Below, in pieces: positions 1-8,503 of a stretch of DNA of 64,000 nucleotides. Below the pieces are notes generated by a model, which worked only from the letters and a program-made list of their open reading frames with translations, was not told the origin of the DNA and searched no databases. The translations under genes and the position numbers were made by a program. Source of the stretch: Candidatus Woesebacteria bacterium GW2011_GWB1_39_12 (GTDB lineage: Bacteria; Patescibacteriota; Microgenomatia; UBA8517); contig LBWB01000008.1 in assembly GCA_000993405.1 (NCBI GenBank), positions 26,325 through 90,324 of the forward strand, in the 5' to 3' direction. Numbering within the stretch: the first letter of the stretch is position 1; every line of letters starts with the position of its first letter.

Positions 1-2026
1 ATTCTAAGGCAATTGCGATTTGCGATAGCGGAAAACGCAAATGTTTTCTAAAAACTTCTTGGTGAACATGGTGGATCAAAAGCATTTTCGGAGTCCCCAC
101 AAATAGTGGCGTAAAAAAAGGAATACCATTTTCACAATCAATTACAATATCAAACTTACCTTTTAATTTAAAAATGTAATAAAGAACTGCCAGCGGGTAA
201 ACGGTATAAAATCCACCACGTCTTATGATCTTGACTCCGTCAACTGTCTCATTTCTTCTTGCCAGTCTATCCCATCCGCAAAAGATAGTTATCTTATGCC
301 CATCTGTCGTCCATCTTTTGGCTAACTCGTTAATATATACTTCGGCTCCTCCTGCCCAAACATGCTTGGTGTCACGCCAGTTAAATATCAATATTCTCAA
401 ATTTCCATTTTGGGTAGAATTATCTATCTTTATTTCTTCGAGAAGTCCCAATAAATCAGTTAGCGTCCTTGAAAAGATTAAAGATACTTTATTTACGAGC
501 TTAAGCGGAGCAGCAATAAATTTCCAGTCTATGTTAAATGAGTTTCTAACCCTTACTTTACTCAAATGGAAACCGTGCTCGGTCTTTTCCCAAAAATGAG
601 GTTTTACTAAAAGCTGATAAAAAGCCAGAATCCCAGCCGTACTTGCAAACATCCAATAAAAAGGAATAAAAAATATGTACTTAACCAGTTGCCACTCATG
701 TCTTTTGATGCAACCCATCATATAAATGTAAAAATATATAAAATTGCCGAAAACTAAACAGGAAACCGCCATGTAATAGATTGGGGTGGGGTATAAAGCC
801 TCAATTGCAGGACCAAGATAGGAGTTAAATAAAAAATAAGATAAAGTTGTTAGCCAAAGGATTGGATTGATGAGCAAAAAAATGGTTCTTATCCCTATTA
901 TCAAATGGAAAATCAAGGCGTGAATCCCGTGATTTCGAATAAAACCAATAGGATCTCTTGTATGAACTAAATAAGTTTGAATATAACCTTTTATCCAGCG
1001 GGAGCGCTGACGGATCCAGCCTTTTACTTTGCTGTTTGCCTCTTCATAAGTTGTTGAGTCAATTATTGCTGTTTTATATCCTTTTTTGAAAAGTCTGACG
1101 CCTAAATCACAATCTTCAGTGACATTGAATGGATCCCACCCATTTAATTTAGTTAATAAATTTGTTTTGAAATGATTACTTGTTCCCCCAAGAGGAATAA
1201 TCGTGCTTATAGATTGAAGACCCGGCAAGATTATGTCAAACCATAAAGAATATTCAGCTGTAAAAAGACGAGTTAAAAAATTTTGGTTGGGATTGTAATA
1301 ATTTAGTTTAGACTGCAAGCAAGCGACCTCGCCCGGTAGTTTTTGAAAAGCAAGATATGCTTTTTTCAATTGAAGTGGATCCGGTTTATCTTCCGCGTCA
1401 TAAACGACAATATATTCTCCCCTTGCCTGACCCAAACCAAAATTGCAGGCTTTAGGTTTTGTCTTGGGCAAAGAATCTGGAACAACGAGTGTTCTGAAAT
1501 AGGAAGGAAGATTAAGTTTATAGACACAATTTATTGTCTCTCTATCGTCCTCCTCTAATAAAAGTAATACGTCAAGCTTCCGATCTGGCCAATCGATATT
1601 AGCAATCGCCTCGACAAATTGCGGCAAGACTTTGGCTTCCTTATATAAGGGACAAAGAATTGAGTAGATAGGAAGATTTTCCTCATCAATTTTTGAAAGA
1701 GATCTTTTATCAAATTTTACCTCCGGTGGATGCTCTAAACTTTTAATAAGTATATATATGCTGAAAAGAAGGTCTTGAGAGTAAATGAGGGTTAAAATCG
1801 CAATAATAATGATTAAAGTTAGCTTCAAATTGATAACAATCCCGACAAAAATCACAAAGATGACGATTGCAAGCAGAACTTTCTGCCAAGCGATAAGTGT
1901 CTGAAAAGCCGACTCCGAAAAAGGGAGATGCGTATGAGTATTGTATTTTTTTCCATTATGAATAAACCCCGAGTGGACGGGCGAATTAGTAACAAGATCA
2001 GAAGCAAATACTTGATTGCCTTTCAT
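1..2026 (-). CDS. Fused GT2 (processive, QxxRW-type) plus GT4 glycosyltransferase. Partial: the C-terminus runs off the window start.
   Basis: Manual reverse translation from ATG (revcomp of cat 2024-2026) gives an open frame down to position 1, with no long ORF on the other strand. The translation contains 'DAEDKPD' and 'GWIRQRSRWIKGY' (classic QxxRW, cellulose/chitin-synthase-like GT2). A C-terminal segment 'LRILIFNWRDTKHVWAGGAEVYINELAKRWTTDGHKITIF' is typical of a GT4 N-terminal domain. It is missing from the ORF track only because it has no in-window stop. Confidence 0.6.
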   Translation of the reverse strand, partial: MKGNQVFASDLVTNSPVHSGFIHNGKKYNTHTHLPFSESAFQTLIAWQKVLLAIVIFVIFVGIVINLKLTLIIIIAILTLIYSQDLLFSIYILIKSLEHPPEVKFDKRSLSKIDEENLPIYSILCPLYKEAKVLPQFVEAIANIDWPDRKLDVLLLLEEDDRETINCVYKLNLPSYFRTLVVPDSLPKTKPKACNFGLGQARGEYIVVYDAEDKPDPLQLKKAYLAFQKLPGEVACLQSKLNYYNPNQNFLTRLFTAEYSLWFDIILPGLQSISTIIPLGGTSNHFKTNLLTKLNGWDPFNVTEDCDLGVRLFKKGYKTAIIDSTTYEEANSKVKGWIRQRSRWIKGYIQTYLVHTRDPIGFIRNHGIHALIFHLIIGIRTIFLLINPILWLTTLSYFLFNSYLGPAIEALYPTPIYYMAVSCLVFGNFIYFYIYMMGCIKRHEWQLVKYIFFIPFYWMFASTAGILAFYQLLVKPHFWEKTEHGFHLSKVRVRNSFNIDWKFIAAPLKLVNKVSLIFSRTLTDLLGLLEEIKIDNSTQNGNLRILIFNWRDTKHVWAGGAEVYINELAKRWTTDGHKITIFCGWDRLARRNETVDGVKIIRRGGFYTVYPLAVLYYIFKLKGKFDIVIDCENGIPFFTPLFVGTPKMLLIHHVHQEVFRKHLRFPLSQIAIALE

Positions 2027-2222
2027 GAATTATTTAAAACTCCTTACCAACCAAAAATCCAGCCTTGATAGTCAGCTGGACAGAAAACCGTTTAAGTTGA
2101 AGTATTATACTATAAGATGCTGGCGGAGATAAAGATCTCCTTCGCAACCTTGAATCCACAAATTGCTTTGCAATTTACGGTTTTAAGATTGATTGGGGCA
2201 ACAAACTAAGGTTTCTCAAAAA

Positions 2223-3140
2223 CTACTTTCCTAATCCTTGAACAATCAGTTTATCAATAATCTCCCTCCAAGAACTAAATTTAATTCCTAATTTATTTTC
2301 TGTTTCATCAACTTTTAAACCACCAAATTTAGGATAACGGTATATAGAACTTCCAGTCTTATTTAAATGTTCTTCTAAAGAGGCTGTCTTTACAACGTCC
2401 TTCACTCCACGAACCTTCTCGACTAGATAAGAAATAAGCTCATAGGGCGTAGTTGTATCCGACGAACTGGCATGAAATATTCCCTTATGTCCTTCAATTA
2501 TGATTTTATCTAAAGCTCTGCAAGCCTCGTCAATAAAAGTGACGGAAATTTGCTGATCGGAAAACACCGGATAAAGTTTTCCCTCATCATATAGTTTGAG
2601 AGGCTTTCTCAGATAATCTAATTTCGGTTCGAAGTTACTTCTGACCGGATAAATCAATCTTAAAATCGTTCCCGAATTACCCAAAACTTCACTTACAATT
2701 CTTTCCGCCTCTGACTTTGTAAAGCCGTACCAAGTGAGCTTAGAAGAATCGGCTTCAGGAGGATGAGATTCTTCATATGCTCCTGGATCCTCTGAACTCC
2801 CAGAAAAAACCATGTCTGTTGAAACCTGAACAAAATGAATGCGCTCTTTGTGGGGTTTTATTGCTTCTGCAAAATTCCTTACTCCTTCGACATTAACCTG
2901 CCAACAATCTCCCTTTTTGTTATCTTTCTCATTCTCAGCCTTCCCAACATCTGTAAAAGCGGCAAAATTAACAACGGCACTGAAATTGTAACTTTCTATT
3001 ACTGCCTTTATTTCCGATTTATCCGTAATATCGAGTTCAATCTCTTTCGGCAGATGCAAAAAGTTTTTCCTCTGTGATATCTCGACAAACCGAGATCCCA
3101 CCAATCCTTCCGAACCCGTAACTAAAATTAAATTCTTCAT
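2223..3140 (-). CDS. NAD(P)-dependent sugar-nucleotide reductase/epimerase, RmlD-like (dTDP-4-dehydrorhamnose reductase family)
   Basis: 305 aa. N-terminal Rossmann motif 'LVTGSEGLVGSRF' of SDR-type epimerase/reductases, and a YxxxK-type region. It sits beside the rmlA-like gene. Confidence 0.6.
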   Translation of the reverse strand: MKNLILVTGSEGLVGSRFVEISQRKNFLHLPKEIELDITDKSEIKAVIESYNFSAVVNFAAFTDVGKAENEKDNKKGDCWQVNVEGVRNFAEAIKPHKERIHFVQVSTDMVFSGSSEDPGAYEESHPPEADSSKLTWYGFTKSEAERIVSEVLGNSGTILRLIYPVRSNFEPKLDYLRKPLKLYDEGKLYPVFSDQQISVTFIDEACRALDKIIIEGHKGIFHASSSDTTTPYELISYLVEKVRGVKDVVKTASLEEHLNKTGSSIYRYPKFGGLKVDETENKLGIKFSSWREIIDKLIVQGLGK

Positions 3141-3165
3141 TATAAATTTTAATTTCTAATCTAAT

Positions 3166-3900
3166 CTATTCCCTCTCATTTCTTAATCCTACATTCTTTT
3201 CTGCCCAATATCTATAAACCTCAGAAAGAGTTTCAATTGTTCCAGCGTCTTTCCAAAATCCTTGCAACTCACTCCAGCTAAGTTTACCATCTCTCAAATA
3301 AAGAGTATTTAAATCTGTCACTTCAAGCTCGCCTCTATCTGATCTTATAAGACTTCTTATCTTATCAAAGACTGTCGAATCATAAATATATAATCCTGTT
3401 ACTGCGAATCTTGATCGGGGACTTTGAGGTTTCTCCTCTATTTCAACTATTTCTCCTTCTGAGTTAAAAGCAGCCACACCAAAGCGTTCTGGATCGGGTA
3501 CTTCCTTTACAAAAATATGCGCACCATCTCTAAAATTATTAACCTCTTTACTAATATCCGCATCCGTACAATTATCCCCTAAGATCGTACAGATTGGTTT
3601 ACCATCGGCAAAATCTTCGGCGAGTTTTAAAGCTTCCGCAATACCGCCTTCGTCCTCCTGATAAGCATACTCTAAGTGTTTTATTCCCAATTCTTTACCG
3701 TTTCTTAAAACTCTAATAAAATCTCCTGCGTGAGGCCCACCCGTAACGACCAAAATATCCTTAATACCCGCATTTACTAATGTATCTATAGGGTAATAAA
3801 TCATTGGTTTGTCGTACACTGGAAGTAAGTGTTTGTTTGTTGCGAATGTTAGTGGGTAGAGTCGAGTTCCAAGCCCTCCTGCGAGTACTACACCTTTCAT
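3166..3900 (-). CDS. rmlA: Glucose-1-phosphate thymidylyltransferase (short-form RmlA-like sugar nucleotidyltransferase)
   Basis: 244 aa beginning 'MKGVVLAGGLGTRLYPLTFATNKHLLPVYDKPMIYYPIDTLVNAGI', the canonical G-x-G-T-R-L nucleotidyltransferase signature as in RmlA. Confidence 0.7.
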   Translation of the reverse strand: MKGVVLAGGLGTRLYPLTFATNKHLLPVYDKPMIYYPIDTLVNAGIKDILVVTGGPHAGDFIRVLRNGKELGIKHLEYAYQEDEGGIAEALKLAEDFADGKPICTILGDNCTDADISKEVNNFRDGAHIFVKEVPDPERFGVAAFNSEGEIVEIEEKPQSPRSRFAVTGLYIYDSTVFDKIRSLIRSDRGELEVTDLNTLYLRDGKLSWSELQGFWKDAGTIETLSEVYRYWAEKNVGLRNERE

Positions 3901-4000
3901 AATGTAAACAGATAATACAAAATCTCCAAACTATAGTCAAAACTTATTTTTTATATCGGTCTAGGAGACGCCGATTGTAACATTATTCTCCAAAAATTTT

Positions 4001-4037
4001 ATTTGGCATTTGGAATTTGAAATTTGGAAATTCCAAC
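4001..4037. repeat. Heptad TTGGAAw direct-repeat element upstream of rmlA
   Basis: ATTTGGCATTTGGAATTTGAAATTTGGAAATTCCAAC. Related elements occur at 27972-28008, 29328-29398 and 45736-45756. Confidence 0.5.
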
Positions 4038-4051
4038 TTTGAAGAAGTTGG

Positions 4052-4558
4052 TTATGTATGTTTATCTGCTACACTTGAAGCGCCCCAGCTATCGGGTTTA
4101 GTTTTGGCCACAAAGCCATTACCATTTACCATACCAACGACCTCGCGAATCATTTCTCTTGTCGGACCCAAAGGTCCCACGTCGATATGGATTTCCAAGT
4201 CATATTTTGCGGGAGAAACAACTTTCCGAATTTTAGGCACAATTTCCTGGGCTGTTTGTAAACTCATTAAGGTTTCGGTATAAATTTTATCGCGCAAAAC
4301 CGGTGGGCGACCATTTCTCTTTTCTTTTTTCCAGAAATACCTCGCACCACGACCTATCCTGTGAACAATAATTGCAGTCACAAAGTCGACTTCACTTTCA
4401 CCATTGATTTTTCTAGTCTGACTATCCGTCCCAATGACCAACCTATAAAACTTAGTAGGTTCTTCGTCCACAAAAGAGGCAACCTCAGATACTATATCCG
4501 AGATTTCCATAATACCCTTACTTGGACTATGAAACTTACCGTTTTTGCTATTTTCCAT
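4052..4558 (-). CDS. DUF458 (YkuK-like, RNase H-fold) protein
   Basis: The track ORF 4052..4852 overlaps galU. It was trimmed to the internal ATG (revcomp of cat 4556-4558), giving 'MENSKNGKFHSPSKGIMEISDIVSEVASFVDEEPTKFYRLVIGTDSQ...'. The 'GTDSQ' block matches DUF458. Confidence 0.5.
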   Translation of the reverse strand: MENSKNGKFHSPSKGIMEISDIVSEVASFVDEEPTKFYRLVIGTDSQTRKINGESEVDFVTAIIVHRIGRGARYFWKKEKRNGRPPVLRDKIYTETLMSLQTAQEIVPKIRKVVSPAKYDLEIHIDVGPLGPTREMIREVVGMVNGNGFVAKTKPDSWGASSVADKHT

Positions 4559-4608
4559 GGCCAAATTATACCTCTTTTTGACTTTTTTTGGTATCTGGAT
4601 CAGCTTAA

Positions 4609-4617
4609 TGATATAAT
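4609..4617 (+). promoter_or_regulatory. Extended -10 element (TGaTATAAT) for galU; near-leaderless
   Basis: 'tgatataat' at 4609-4617 lies about 10 nt upstream of the galU ATG at 4628, with no SD in between. It sits in the 69-bp divergent region between the DUF458 gene and galU. Confidence 0.4.
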
Positions 4618-4627
4618 TTTCCTGCCC

Positions 4628-5512
4628 ATGAAAAAAAACTTCCCCAAAATTAAAAAAGCGATAATCGCTGTCGCAGGCTATGGTACCAGATTCCTCCCAG
4701 CAAGCAAAAATGTCCCCAAGCAGATGTTTCCCATCATCGATAAACCTATAATTCATCATGTCGTGGACGAGTGCGTTGCTTCTGGCATCGAAGACATAAT
4801 TATAGTAACCCAAGCAGGCCAAGCAGTTATGGAGGATCATTTCGACACCCATGTGGAATTAGAGCATATCTTAGATAAAAACGGCAAAGAAGAACTTCTT
4901 AAAACTGTCAAAGAAATTCCTCAGCTAGCTAATTTTGTATATGTTAGACAAAAGAAAAATTATCCGTATGGGAATGGAACACCACTTTTATGTGCAGCTC
5001 CCTTAATTGATGATAATGAAGCCTTTGCTTATCTTTTTGGAGATGATCTTGTTATGTCAAAAAAGCCTTGTCTAAGGCAGCTTATTGAGGTTTATGAAAA
5101 AGAGGAATGTGATGGAGTAATAGCAACTCAAGAAATTTCTCCAGATGTAGTGAATAAGTATGGAATTGTAAAATTTAACCCAGAAAATAATGAGTTTGAA
5201 GGTATAGTTGAAAAACCTGAAATTGGAAAAGCTCCTTCAAACCTAGCAGAATTCGGAAGATTTATTCTCAACTACAAAACAATTAAAGAATTGAAAAAAT
5301 TAGATACCGGAAAGGGAGGAGAATTGTGGCTAACGGATACTATTACCAAAGCTAAAAAAAATGGTGCCAGGTTTCTAATTCACAAGATAGAAGGAGAGTG
5401 GATGACGACGGGCGACCCTTTAACTTACATGCAAACACAGGTTAAGTTTGCACTTGAGAGACCCGATATTGGTGAAGAATTCAAAAAGTTTTTAAAAACC
5501 CTCAAGCTCTAA
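4628..5512 (+). CDS. galU: UTP--glucose-1-phosphate uridylyltransferase
   Basis: Trimmed from track ORF 4361..5512 to the internal ATG at 4628. N-terminus 'MKKNFPKIKKAIIAVAGYGTRFLPASKNVPKQMFPIIDKPIIHHVVDE' is a GalU signature. Confidence 0.8.
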   Translation: MKKNFPKIKKAIIAVAGYGTRFLPASKNVPKQMFPIIDKPIIHHVVDECVASGIEDIIIVTQAGQAVMEDHFDTHVELEHILDKNGKEELLKTVKEIPQLANFVYVRQKKNYPYGNGTPLLCAAPLIDDNEAFAYLFGDDLVMSKKPCLRQLIEVYEKEECDGVIATQEISPDVVNKYGIVKFNPENNEFEGIVEKPEIGKAPSNLAEFGRFILNYKTIKELKKLDTGKGGELWLTDTITKAKKNGARFLIHKIEGEWMTTGDPLTYMQTQVKFALERPDIGEEFKKFLKTLKL

Positions 5513-5762
5513 AAAGTAAGCTGAAGATAATTACAATTCCTAAAATTGCAATTGCAAAGTATTCAACAACCACGCTTAGGTGTAAATCCTTGTGAATATG
5601 GTGATGTATCAAACCCCAAACAATGTAACCTAGACTAGCCGCAACAATCACCGCAAACTGGAACACCCGATCCCATGAGAAAACCGCAAAACCGATAGTA
5701 GCCGCAACAAGTATACCTATAAGGGGAAGGTAATGTCGTAAGTGATGTGTAATGTCTCTCAT
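5502..5762 (-). CDS. Small His-rich two-TM membrane protein, hypothetical
   Basis: 86 aa with two hydrophobic helices and the motif 'WGLIHHHIHKDLH'. It is the last gene of the sortase operon. Confidence 0.4.
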   Translation of the reverse strand: MRDITHHLRHYLPLIGILVAATIGFAVFSWDRVFQFAVIVAASLGYIVWGLIHHHIHKDLHLSVVVEYFAIAILGIVIIFSLLFRA

Positions 5763-6722
5763 TTAAAGTATTTCCCCCACTTTAGCAATTAAAAGTATTG
5801 CCAAAATCATTCCTAAAAATGCAATGTGTGCAAATGTTCTTCCTCCAATTCTTGTAATATTTCTTCTTGTAACTATTATTCCATCAATGACTAATACAAC
5901 AAGGAGTAAAACCGTAGTCGCCACAGCAACCCCCCTAGTTGATTCAAATGGAGAAATTAAAGTTTGAAATCTACCCGCTCTTTCCTGAACTGGCTCTTCC
6001 AATATTATTATCTTTTCACTGCCTTGAGTAGGAGTGATAACTCCAGCAAAAAACTGCGGGGTTGGAGTGAGCGTGGCTAGTGCCAAAGGAGTCGGCGTAA
6101 TCTCAATCTGGGGTTTTGCGGCAACTACAGGAACTTGAGAAGTTGTATCGCTAAATTGAGTTCCGAAAAGTGAAACTATTAGTGTAGTATCCACTCCTCC
6201 CAAATCCCCTTCAACAACAGCGACTCCAATTTCTTTATATTTACCCGAAAGCAAATTTTCCCTGTGAGAAGGAGAGGCCATCCAAGCCTCCATTGCCGAA
6301 TTTGGATTAGAAAAGTCTCGAGCTAAATTCTCTCCTGCATATCGATATTTATAACCGACGTCCGTAAAAAATTTCCAGGGTTCGGTTCCATCAGGAGCTG
6401 TGTGTGCCCAATAATCCTGGGAAAGCATGTGTTCTCCTTTAAGCCTTGCTGCTTCAGTCAAAAGTGCACTCGTGGATAGAGCTGTTACGCCATTTTCTGC
6501 TCTTCTCTGATTTGTCAGATTGATTATCTCAGTCGGGGGGATATTTGCAGCATATCCCAAAATTTTGACACCTGATAAAGGAAGAGCCCGCAAAATTATC
6601 TGATAGACAACCAAAAAAAGCGCTAACAGCAATAAGGAAGACGAATGAAGCAATTTTGCTTTGTGATTATTACTGTGTCTGGGAAAAAGAAAATGGGATA
6701 ATGTTATCGCGGCAGTATTCAT
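5763..6722 (-). CDS. CAP / SCP / PR-1-like (YkwD family) domain protein with N- and C-terminal membrane segments
   Basis: 'GENLARDFSNPNSAMEAWMASPSHRENLLSGKYKEIGVAVV' matches the CAP-domain core. A Pro/Thr-rich linker and a C-terminal TM follow. Confidence 0.65.
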   Translation of the reverse strand: MNTAAITLSHFLFPRHSNNHKAKLLHSSSLLLLALFLVVYQIILRALPLSGVKILGYAANIPPTEIINLTNQRRAENGVTALSTSALLTEAARLKGEHMLSQDYWAHTAPDGTEPWKFFTDVGYKYRYAGENLARDFSNPNSAMEAWMASPSHRENLLSGKYKEIGVAVVEGDLGGVDTTLIVSLFGTQFSDTTSQVPVVAAKPQIEITPTPLALATLTPTPQFFAGVITPTQGSEKIIILEEPVQERAGRFQTLISPFESTRGVAVATTVLLLVVLVIDGIIVTRRNITRIGGRTFAHIAFLGMILAILLIAKVGEIL

Positions 6723-6766
6723 TTCATTTAATCTTAAACTTTAGAAAGCATTCTTTCAAGAGAATT

Positions 6767-7321
6767 CTAAACTCTTTTTGCAATGACTATCAGCCTTTTT
6801 GAGTCAGCGAACCCGCTACATGTATAAAGAGTTAAAGTTTCGTCTGCCGTTTCACCTATAACCTCTATCTGATTGGGATAAACCTCTTTTATATCACGAA
6901 CTTCATATCCGAACCAGCCGTTTTTGGTAAGAACATATAATTTTGTACCTTCTTTAATGGATTGAAGTGGTAAAAACAGTCCCTCCCGAGCGTGTGCAAA
7001 TATCACTTGATTCCCGACTTGTCCCGGTATCCCAGATCCCATTCCCCATCCTGCCTTATCTTCAAAAACCTCCCAATATCCATTGACTATATTTGCTTTT
7101 TTTACTTCTAAATCTAAACTCAATTGTGGAATCATAATTCTTTCAGGAATTTTGGCATCATCAACCTCCTCACTTGAAAGTTTCTCGACTTTTACAGGTT
7201 CGCTCTCAAAACTGACACTTTGAGAAACAGGAGTTGTTTTTCGCCCTATGAAAAGTAAGATGCCCAAAAATAAAAGCGAAATACCCAGTGTAATCCTAGG
7301 TACAGAAGTTTTGTTCTTCAT
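6767..7321 (-). CDS. Sortase family transpeptidase
   Basis: N-terminal TM anchor. Catalytic 'TLYTCSG' (TLxTC), upstream His ('VIFAHAREG') and a C-terminal Arg. 184 aa. Confidence 0.8.
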   Translation of the reverse strand: MKNKTSVPRITLGISLLFLGILLFIGRKTTPVSQSVSFESEPVKVEKLSSEEVDDAKIPERIMIPQLSLDLEVKKANIVNGYWEVFEDKAGWGMGSGIPGQVGNQVIFAHAREGLFLPLQSIKEGTKLYVLTKNGWFGYEVRDIKEVYPNQIEVIGETADETLTLYTCSGFADSKRLIVIAKRV

Positions 7322-7328
7322 AAGAAAC

Positions 7329-8492
7329 TTATTTTACTCTTTTTTTTAACGAAGCAAAGTTTTTTTGAGGAAATAATTCATCAACAACTATCTTACCTCC
7401 TAAGGAAATCATTGCAAGGGCAAGGAAGAAAAATAGAGCCTGAGCGCCTTCGCTTGAAGTATCGGATAGACCGATAATTCCAGGACCTCCTGCCTCTGTT
7501 GCAGCCGCGCTGGGAAGAATAGACCCTGGTGGAGAAGTATTATTATCCTTCTCCTTGTCTTTCTCCACCGAAGGGGGTAACCCTCCACGATCAGGTTCAT
7601 CATCTTTATCACCTGGATCGAAAATATCCTCACAACAATCTACTTCAACATTACCTAAATTAATAAAATTATTAATAAATACTTCTAAGTCAATGTCCCC
7701 AGTCTTTATTGTCACATTCCCGCCAGAATTCCCATCAGCTTGATTTCCTCCCGAATTCAAATCCCATAAAAGGTAATTTTCTATATCGGCGGCAAATTGT
7801 GTGTAAACTTCAGTATCGTTGAAAAAACTGACACTTATATCGTTATTAGAATCCGTTCCGTTCTCAGAAATTTTTGCAATTAAACCCGGATTTCCCGACT
7901 TTACACTTACGGAACTTGTGTTAACGGGTGCATTTATTATCTTTGCACTTACAGTGATATTACCCGTTGTAATAGTCACATTACCCCCCGAATTGTCGTT
8001 CGCGGAATTTGAACCGGTTGATGCCGTACCACTAATGTAATTGGTTATGGTCGCAGTTTGATTTGACGTAATAGTCGTCTGACTTGAAGAAGTAATGTTT
8101 ATAGCGTTTGTTGAATCGCTCCCGTTTCCCGATATTGTCACCTCGGAAGGTGTCGGACAACAACCTATGTTTACAGTCGAAGTGTTTCCACTATTTTCTA
8201 CCACTACCTGACTCGCTGCATCTCCTGTTGTAATCGAAGCATCTCCATTTGTATTTTCGGAAACTGAATTACCGCCAGTATTTGTATTTGTATCAACGCT
8301 ATTAGAAGTCTCGCTGGCATTAGATTGTGTTACAGTTGTTTGACTCTCTTGTGTAATATTTACTTCACTTGAAGAACCGGATCCATTATCGGTAATCACA
8401 AACTCCTCTGCTTTGACATAACCTACTCCCCTACCCAAGAGTAAGTTTAAAACTAAAACTATAGCAACAAACCTTCTAAATTTTACAAGCAT
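7329..8492 (-). CDS. Secreted repeat-rich surface protein, paralog A (NTGG-x-ITTGD module family)
   Basis: Signal peptide 'MLVKFRRFVAIVLVLNLLLG'. Modules include 'NTGGNSVSENTNGDASITTGDA' and 'GGNVTITTGNITVSAKIIN'. Cys doublets 'GCCPTP' and 'DCCEDIF'. The C-terminus has a hydrophobic stretch plus 'KKRVK'. Confidence 0.6.
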   Translation of the reverse strand: MLVKFRRFVAIVLVLNLLLGRGVGYVKAEEFVITDNGSGSSSEVNITQESQTTVTQSNASETSNSVDTNTNTGGNSVSENTNGDASITTGDAASQVVVENSGNTSTVNIGCCPTPSEVTISGNGSDSTNAINITSSSQTTITSNQTATITNYISGTASTGSNSANDNSGGNVTITTGNITVSAKIINAPVNTSSVSVKSGNPGLIAKISENGTDSNNDISVSFFNDTEVYTQFAADIENYLLWDLNSGGNQADGNSGGNVTIKTGDIDLEVFINNFINLGNVEVDCCEDIFDPGDKDDEPDRGGLPPSVEKDKEKDNNTSPPGSILPSAAATEAGGPGIIGLSDTSSEGAQALFFFLALAMISLGGKIVVDELFPQKNFASLKKRVK

Positions 8493-8503
8493 TTGCCTAA
8501 AAT

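Noticed and set aside
225-1558. Plus-strand track ORFs 225..599 and 1343..1558
   Set aside because: They lie antisense within the long minus-strand GT2-GT4 gene (1-2026) and have no recognisable motifs. They are shadow ORFs.
4052-4852. Long N-terminal extension of the DUF458 ORF overlapping galU
   Set aside because: The extension overlaps the galU coding region on the opposite strand and has no similarity. The gene was trimmed to the internal ATG at 4558.
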